A stretch of DNA of 64,000 bases from Sedimentisphaerales bacterium (GTDB lineage: Bacteria > Planctomycetota > Phycisphaerae > Sedimentisphaerales > Anaerobacaceae). The position numbers and the translations under genes were made by a program. The DNA is taken from the NCBI GenBank assembly GCA_963708075.1, contig OY970194.1:928001-992000 (forward strand), given 5' to 3'. Numbering within the stretch: the stretch's first letter is position 1; each line of letters begins with the position of its first letter. Positions 59,037 through 64,000 of the stretch are shown in pieces. The notes beneath the pieces were generated by a model. It was not told the origin of the DNA and did no database searches. It worked only from the letters and a program-made list of their open reading frames with translations.

Positions 59037-60092
59037 TCAGGGCTGGGAACGTATGTTGTAGGTGCGTTTTTCGCCAGCGGGGCCGATCTGGAGGGTGAAC
59101 GTGCCTTTGTCGGGGTGGACGGTGGCTTTGATGAAATCACCTTTGTTGGGGTTGTCCTTTGGGTTGGCGATGAAGTCGGGTTTCGTGTTGTATTGGCCGT
59201 CGTGTTCGATGTTGTAGTGGATCTGGTAGAGGGCCTGGAGGCTCGGCAGGGCGGCTAGGCTCTTGAACGTCTGTGGTTGGATGCCCTTGCGCGGGCCGTT
59301 CATGGCTACGGCGACGGTGGGGGCCAGCGCCTTGAGCAGAAGCTCGTTGTTGCTCAAGTCCCATCCGTGATGCGTCACCTGGTACAGGTCCACCTTGCCG
59401 ATGCGGTTGACCGGATGGACGAGGTGATGCTCGACGTTCCGCGTGATGTCGCCTCCGGCGAAGAACTTGAACGGGCCGCAGGTCAGGAGCAGGGCGATGC
59501 TTCGGGCGTTGTCGGTGTCGTCGGCGCCGGCCATTTTGAATCCATCGACCGGGGCGTCAGTATCGCCGTCGAAACCCTCGACTTTCTTATCCGACGCGAC
59601 GCAGCGCAGCTTGATTTGCGGCACTTTGCCGGCCGGGTCGTTCCTGAGTGGGATGTCGTCGCCGGCCCGGACGACTTTCACGTTGCCCTTCGTCGCCTGC
59701 TCATAGAGCGAGTAAAGGTTCCGGTTGTTGCCATCGTTGGCGGGCGCACGGGTTCCTTTGTCGATGAAGCACTTGACCGGGATTCTCTGCGAGACCTCCA
59801 GAATCGCGCCGAAGTGGTCGGAGTGGAAGTGCGTCGTGACGAGGAAGTCGATCTGCTTGAGCTTAGCGTCCGCACACGCCCTCAGAATCCTGTCGGCATC
59901 GCGGTGCTCTGGTCGCAGCGAGCCGGTGTCGATCAGAACGGATTCGCCCAGCGGCGTGACAATCAGTGTCGAGCCGCCGCCGACCATGTCGAGGAAGTAG
60001 ATGTCGAGCGTCCGCAGCTCCTGAGCGCGGGCCGGGCAGAGTATGGAGAACAGGACAAGCGATACACAGAACGAGAACGCCGTGCGCCTCAT
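59037..60092 (-). CDS. Secreted metallo-beta-lactamase-fold hydrolase (ComEC/Rec2-like)
   Basis: LIDTG, THFHSDH.G, N..S, GD and HHG motifs; signal peptide. Confidence 0.85.
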   Translation of the reverse strand: MRRTAFSFCVSLVLFSILCPARAQELRTLDIYFLDMVGGGSTLIVTPLGESVLIDTGSLRPEHRDADRILRACADAKLKQIDFLVTTHFHSDHFGAILEVSQRIPVKCFIDKGTRAPANDGNNRNLYSLYEQATKGNVKVVRAGDDIPLRNDPAGKVPQIKLRCVASDKKVEGFDGDTDAPVDGFKMAGADDTDNARSIALLLTCGPFKFFAGGDITRNVEHHLVHPVNRIGKVDLYQVTHHGWDLSNNELLLKALAPTVAVAMNGPRKGIQPQTFKSLAALPSLQALYQIHYNIEHDGQYNTKPDFIANPKDNPNKGDFIKATVHPDKGTFTLQIGPAGEKRTYNIRSQP

Positions 60093-60194
60093 GATCGGCT
60101 CCTTTCACTGGATCTGCCAGATGATACCGCCGAATCAAAGACTTGACAATCGTCTTGATGAGGACCCTGTACCTTGGCAACAGCGGACGGGAGA

Positions 60195-60228
60195 ACCATC
60201 GGCAAGCTGGCGCTTGCCGCTGCCACCC
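60195..60228. repeat. REP-like family A, 3' half
   Basis: ACCATCGGCAAGCTGGCGCTTGCCGCTGCCACCC. Confidence 0.7.
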
Positions 60229-60250
60229 GGTAATTCAATTCATGCGGGGG

Positions 60251-60987
60251 TCAGCCAGGATGAATCAGGAGCTTGAGGCCGATGATGAAGAGGAAGGCGG
60301 CGATGACTTTGCGGAAGTGCCGCTCGGGAATCCTGTTCACGAGGCTCTTGCCCAGATTGGCCCCGAGGAAGGAGGCGGGGACAAACAGGAGCGTGCCCCA
60401 CAGCAGCAGCGGCTCCAAGCGAGCGCCTTGCCAGACATAGGTCGCCAGGCGCGGCGTATCAATTGCAATGGCGATGGCTCCGGCGGTGGCAAGGTAAACC
60501 GCCTTGGGCAGATCGAATGCCGACAGGAACAGCGCGCGGATCGCGCCGCCCATGCCGAAAATTCCGGCGGAGAATCCTGATAATGCCCCTCCGATGGCGG
60601 CGGTGGCGGGGCTCTGTCTTATCTTGAACGCGCTCTTTGTCAGCAGAAAGACTACATAGACAATGAGAAACACGCCGAGGATGCGCCAAGGACTGTGCCG
60701 GAGATGCTGAAGAGCAGGCGGGCTGCAAGGATCGTAGCCGCCATGCCGGGGATGCCGAAGCTCAGGATCAGCCTCCAGCGGATGCCCTCGCGAAACAGCA
60801 GCAGCTTCCAGAGGTCGCTGAACCAGTGGATGGCGCCGACGAACAGGAGCGTCTCGGGCATCGGGTAGAACAGGACCATCACGGGGATCATGATGGTGGA
60901 AAGGCCGAAGCCCGTCAGCGTGCCGACAGTGCTGGCCACAACGACGATGATCAGAATGAGAACCACTTCCATAGCCGTCATCTCCAT
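60251..60987 (-). CDS. TauE/SafE (TSUP) family membrane transporter; frameshift near 60687
   Basis: GTLTGFG...IMIP and G..SG...G.FGMGG half repeats in two frames; one added base restores RILGVFL. Confidence 0.8.
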
Positions 60988-61029
60988 AGAGTCCTTAGCA
61001 CAATGAAAATGTGGCAAGGCTGCCCACAT

Positions 61030-61100
61030 GTCAGTCCCGCGAAGGCGGGAATCCAGGCACCTGTCGAATGTTCCTGGACCCCCGCATGCGCGGGGGTGAC
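61030..61100. repeat. REP-like family D, second copy
   Basis: GTCAGTCCCGCGAAGGCGGGAATCCAG...CTGGACCCCCGCATGCGCGGGGGTGAC. Confidence 0.75.
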
Positions 61101-61166
61101 ATAATAAGGCTCATTCTGTTGCAGCCTCTAAGGCACCGGCCGTATCCATTCAACGCCCGGGCACGC

Positions 61167-62858
61167 TCAGCTCGTCAGCAGCTCGAACTGCTCCTGGCTC
61201 AGGCACTGCCGCAGCTTCTGCAGCGCGATCAGCTCGATCTGGCGGATACGTTCCTTGGTCAGGCCAAGTTCATCGCCGATCTGCTTAAGCGTTTTCCTGT
61301 TCTTGCGGATAGTGGAGCCGATCAGGCCAAAATGGTTGAGGATGACGTACTGCTCCCGCTCGTCGAGTTCCTCGCGGATCAATTGTGTGAGGCTCTGGCG
61401 GGTCCGCTCGATGGCCAGAACGTCGGCGGTTGTCTCCCGCAGACCTCGCTGGAAACTGGCAACCGAGGCAGCCCGCTTGGCCGTCAGCTCGGTGCTGCGG
61501 CCGGAGACCCTGGCATACTCCTTGGCGATATTCAACGACGCCCACCGGCCGAAGCGAAATCCTTTCCCATAGTCGAATTCTTCCACCGCCTGGATCAGCG
61601 CGAAGTTGCCCTTGCTCACCAGCTCGAGGAAATTCGCCCCATCGCTGGTGTGCTTGCCCGCGATGCTGACCACCAGACGCAGGTTCGCCTCGACGAGGAG
61701 CTTTCGAATCTCCTCGGCTTGTTCCAGGTATTCTTCGAGCTTTGCCAGCAGCGAGGCCGAGACCTTCGAGAGCTTGATCTGATGCCGCTCGGTGGCGGCC
61801 AGGTGCTTGAGGTAGTTGTACCGGCGGAACAGGTCCAGCTCCTGCTCGCGGGTCAGCACGGGCGTGGTCTTGAGCACCTGCATGTACTCCGGCAGAAGGC
61901 TCTCGCCGACGAGCTCGAACGGCTCGATCTTCTTCTCGAGCTCCGACTTCTCCATGGCGAGCGGCTGGCCGAGGATTCGTTCCATCGCCCCTTCCTGAAG
62001 GAACTCGTCGCTGAGGACGCACTCAATTTTGCGGGCCAGGATGGCGGCCGCCCTTCGCTGGTTGACGATCCGGTAGACCGTGGCCCGGCTGCGGTCGAAT
62101 CGCTCCATCAGTTCCCGCATGCTCAGTCCCTGCCCGTGCAAGCGGTACAATTCCGTCGCCTCCGTCGGGCTGATCCGGCCGAGCGGCCGGCGAAAGACCG
62201 GCTTGTCCGGGTGCTTCTGCTCGTACTGCTGCAGCGTGTACCGAACCGTCTCCTGCGCGATGCCGAGCCTCTCGGCGACCTGCTTCGTGATCTGATATCG
62301 CGACAAGGACATCCTCGACGCCAGGCTGCGGGCCTGCCTCACGGCCTGTTGTCGCTGGGCATCCGTCAACCTGCGAAACTTCGTGGCGTTGGCCACGAGG
62401 GCGGGGTTGTCCTGGATGAACTTTTCGACAGCGGACTCCAGGACGCCGAAACGGTGAGTATCGTCGGCGAAGATGAATTTCCTCGCGAGCAGGCCCCGCT
62501 TTCGCCAGCGATCGATGGTCTTGGTGGACACGCTGAACCGCTTGGCCAGTTCCTCGATGGTGTGTACGGGCTCGCTCTCCTGGGCGACCGGCGTTGCGAG
62601 CCTGCCGCTGAGCTTGGCGATGAAGAGCTGCAGATCATCCAGCAGGTCGCGACCGGTCAACAGCTCCTGTTCGAGACCGCCTTTGGAATGAAAGCCTGTG
62701 ATGTGAAAGTACACGAACTCCCAGGGGTACTGCCTGTCGTCCTGGACGAGCGCATAGAGCCTCTCGGCCGCTTCGAGCTGCGCACGGCGTTTCGACTCCG
62801 GCGTGAACCGAAGCTGCATCAGCAACTGCGCCAGCTTGTCGCTCTTGATCTTTCTCAT
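61167..62858 (-). CDS. Sigma-70 family sigma factor with a long N-terminal multi-HTH extension
   Basis: Region 1.2 (P.LTREQE..LF), region 2 (ANLRLVVSIA..AVEEFDY.KG.RF) and region 4 (TLKQIG..LGLTKERIRQIE). Confidence 0.88.
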   Translation of the reverse strand: MRKIKSDKLAQLLMQLRFTPESKRRAQLEAAERLYALVQDDRQYPWEFVYFHITGFHSKGGLEQELLTGRDLLDDLQLFIAKLSGRLATPVAQESEPVHTIEELAKRFSVSTKTIDRWRKRGLLARKFIFADDTHRFGVLESAVEKFIQDNPALVANATKFRRLTDAQRQQAVRQARSLASRMSLSRYQITKQVAERLGIAQETVRYTLQQYEQKHPDKPVFRRPLGRISPTEATELYRLHGQGLSMRELMERFDRSRATVYRIVNQRRAAAILARKIECVLSDEFLQEGAMERILGQPLAMEKSELEKKIEPFELVGESLLPEYMQVLKTTPVLTREQELDLFRRYNYLKHLAATERHQIKLSKVSASLLAKLEEYLEQAEEIRKLLVEANLRLVVSIAGKHTSDGANFLELVSKGNFALIQAVEEFDYGKGFRFGRWASLNIAKEYARVSGRSTELTAKRAASVASFQRGLRETTADVLAIERTRQSLTQLIREELDEREQYVILNHFGLIGSTIRKNRKTLKQIGDELGLTKERIRQIELIALQKLRQCLSQEQFELLTS

Positions 62859-62891
62859 TTCACCAGGTGTCTATTCTACCACCTCCCGGAC

Positions 62892-62926
62892 AAAAAGAAA
62901 AGGACAGCGCGGAATGCACTGTCCTT
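62892..62926 (-). terminator. Intrinsic terminator after the corrinoid gene
   Basis: AAGGACAGTGC-loop-GCGCTGTCCTT then TTCTTTTT on the minus strand. Confidence 0.7.
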
Positions 62927-62950
62927 GGAATGTCGGAGCTGGCAAGAGCG

Positions 62951-63010
62951 AGTCTCAAGTCTGAAGTGTCATGTTCTTGAGCTTCACACTTCAAACTTCA
63001 CACTTCAAAC
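62951..63010. repeat. Heptamer repeats (CTTCAMA)n with degenerate inverted partners
   Basis: CTTCACA CTTCAAA CTTCACA CTTCAAA, preceded by TCAAGTC TGAAGTG TCATGTT. Confidence 0.7.
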
Positions 63011-63019
63011 CCTCTCTGC

Positions 63020-63646
63020 TTACGCCACGAGCTTCTTGGCGGTGTCGACGGCCGATGCGGCGTCGGGGGCGTAGCCCTGGGCGCCGATCTTGTCGGCGAA
63101 GCTCTGCGTCACGGGGGCGCCGCCCACCATGACCTTGGCCTTGACACCCGCCTGCTGCAGGGCCTTGATCGTCTTTTCCATGCCCGGCATCGTCGTCGTC
63201 AGCAGGGCGCTCATGCCGATGAGGTTGACGCCGCGAGCCTTGGCCTCGGCCGCGAATTTCTCCGGGGCGACATCGACGCCCAGATCGATCACTTCAAACC
63301 CGGCGCCCTTGAGCATCATGGCGACGAGATTCTTGCCGATGTCGTGCAGGTCGCCCTGGACGGTGCCGATCAGCAGTCTGCCGATGGGTTTGACGCCGGC
63401 CTTGACCAGTTCCGGCTCGAGCACCTCCATCGCCATCTTCATGGCCCGGGCCGCGATCAGGACCTCGGGAATGTAGATCTCGTTGTTCTTGAAGCGGCTG
63501 CCCACCACGTCCATCCCGGCGATCAGGCCCTCGTCGAGAATCTTCTTCGGGGCCACCTTCTCCTTTAACGCCGCCTTCGTGACGTTCACCGCCGTCGCCT
63601 GATCCCCGCGAATTACCGCCTCAGCCAATGCTTTCAGATCTGCCAT
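63020..63646 (-). CDS. Corrinoid (B12-binding) protein, methyltransferase-system type
   Basis: Cap domain M..VG.RF...E..IPEV; GDLHDIGKN, SALLTTT and VGGAP. Confidence 0.92.
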   Translation of the reverse strand: MADLKALAEAVIRGDQATAVNVTKAALKEKVAPKKILDEGLIAGMDVVGSRFKNNEIYIPEVLIAARAMKMAMEVLEPELVKAGVKPIGRLLIGTVQGDLHDIGKNLVAMMLKGAGFEVIDLGVDVAPEKFAAEAKARGVNLIGMSALLTTTMPGMEKTIKALQQAGVKAKVMVGGAPVTQSFADKIGAQGYAPDAASAVDTAKKLVA

Positions 63647-63774
63647 GTCAACTCACCTCAAATCCATACCCAAATTATGTGTCTCCATGTATCTCCAAGG
63701 CCCCAATTAGACCGCACTCAATCCCGCCCGACAAGCAAAAAAACCGTCGAATTCACATGGGGTGAGACTACTGT

Positions 63775-64000
63775 CTATCGGGAGGGCCTTGGCGTGACCG
63801 GTAGAAAGGCGTCCGGATCGTGGACAAGGACAGAATCGGCTTTATTCGCCGGAATGCAGTAATGGCTGAGCGTGGGCGGGACGCCGAACACATGGCCGCG
63901 CCCAGTTACATCCGTTGAGATCGTGTAGATGTTGTCGCTATCGACTCCGCAATAGGCTCGCCTCTCAAACTCCACGCGGCCGTCCAGGAACAGCACATTC
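63775..64000 (-). CDS. 3' end of a fifth H-X9-DG-like paralog (runs off the window edge)
   Basis: NVLFLDGRVEFERRAYCGVDSDNIYT...DSVLVHDP. Confidence 0.8.
   Translation of the reverse strand, partial: NVLFLDGRVEFERRAYCGVDSDNIYTISTDVTGRGHVFGVPPTLSHYCIPANKADSVLVHDPDAFLPVTPRPSR

Noticed and set aside
6668..63074. Long antisense ORFs (for example 6668-7714, 22547-23962, 33488-35215, 39163-40896, 61011-63074)
   Set aside because: Shadow frames of well-supported genes in GC-rich DNA, with no recognisable motifs.
63647..63775. Cobalamin riboswitch upstream of the corrinoid gene
   Set aside because: The intergenic region is short (~130 nt) and no B12-box or GGGAA/GCCACTG motifs are seen.

Overview
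A GC-rich bacterial chromosomal window. The gene content (DUF1080, an expanded H-X9-DG/DUF1559-like family, a sigma-70 with an N-terminal HTH extension, an ANRRNA-motif protein) suggests a planctomycete, probably Phycisphaerae; this is inference. It carries parA, a DUF1080 + TRAP transporter locus, a NodIJ-like ABC exporter, an HtrA protease, a 13-gene type II secretion/pseudopilus operon, a fabZ-ACP-fabZ-fabF-fabF-serS cluster, ffh-rpsP-trmD, a methyltransferase/ATP-grasp fusion, five H-X9-DG paralogs, a sigma factor and a corrinoid protein. There are two complete IS elements (IS630 and ISAs1 families), two MITE-like copies, and many REP-like palindrome families, some nested. Five genes, including the essential ffh, have small frameshifts that look like assembly indels. 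The most unusual signals are: (1) an ANRRNA-motif gene followed by an array of a constant GAAACAAAGCCAAT motif whose spacers are halves of REP elements; (2) a stand-alone SRP M-domain-like gene directly after ffh that lacks the RNA-binding arginines; (3) pilin-like H-X9-DG heads on swapped or degenerate anchors; (4) a tRNA-like structure upstream of an SPFH gene; (5) an extended secretin with six N-domain repeats. All family calls come from motif recognition by eye; no database searches were run.
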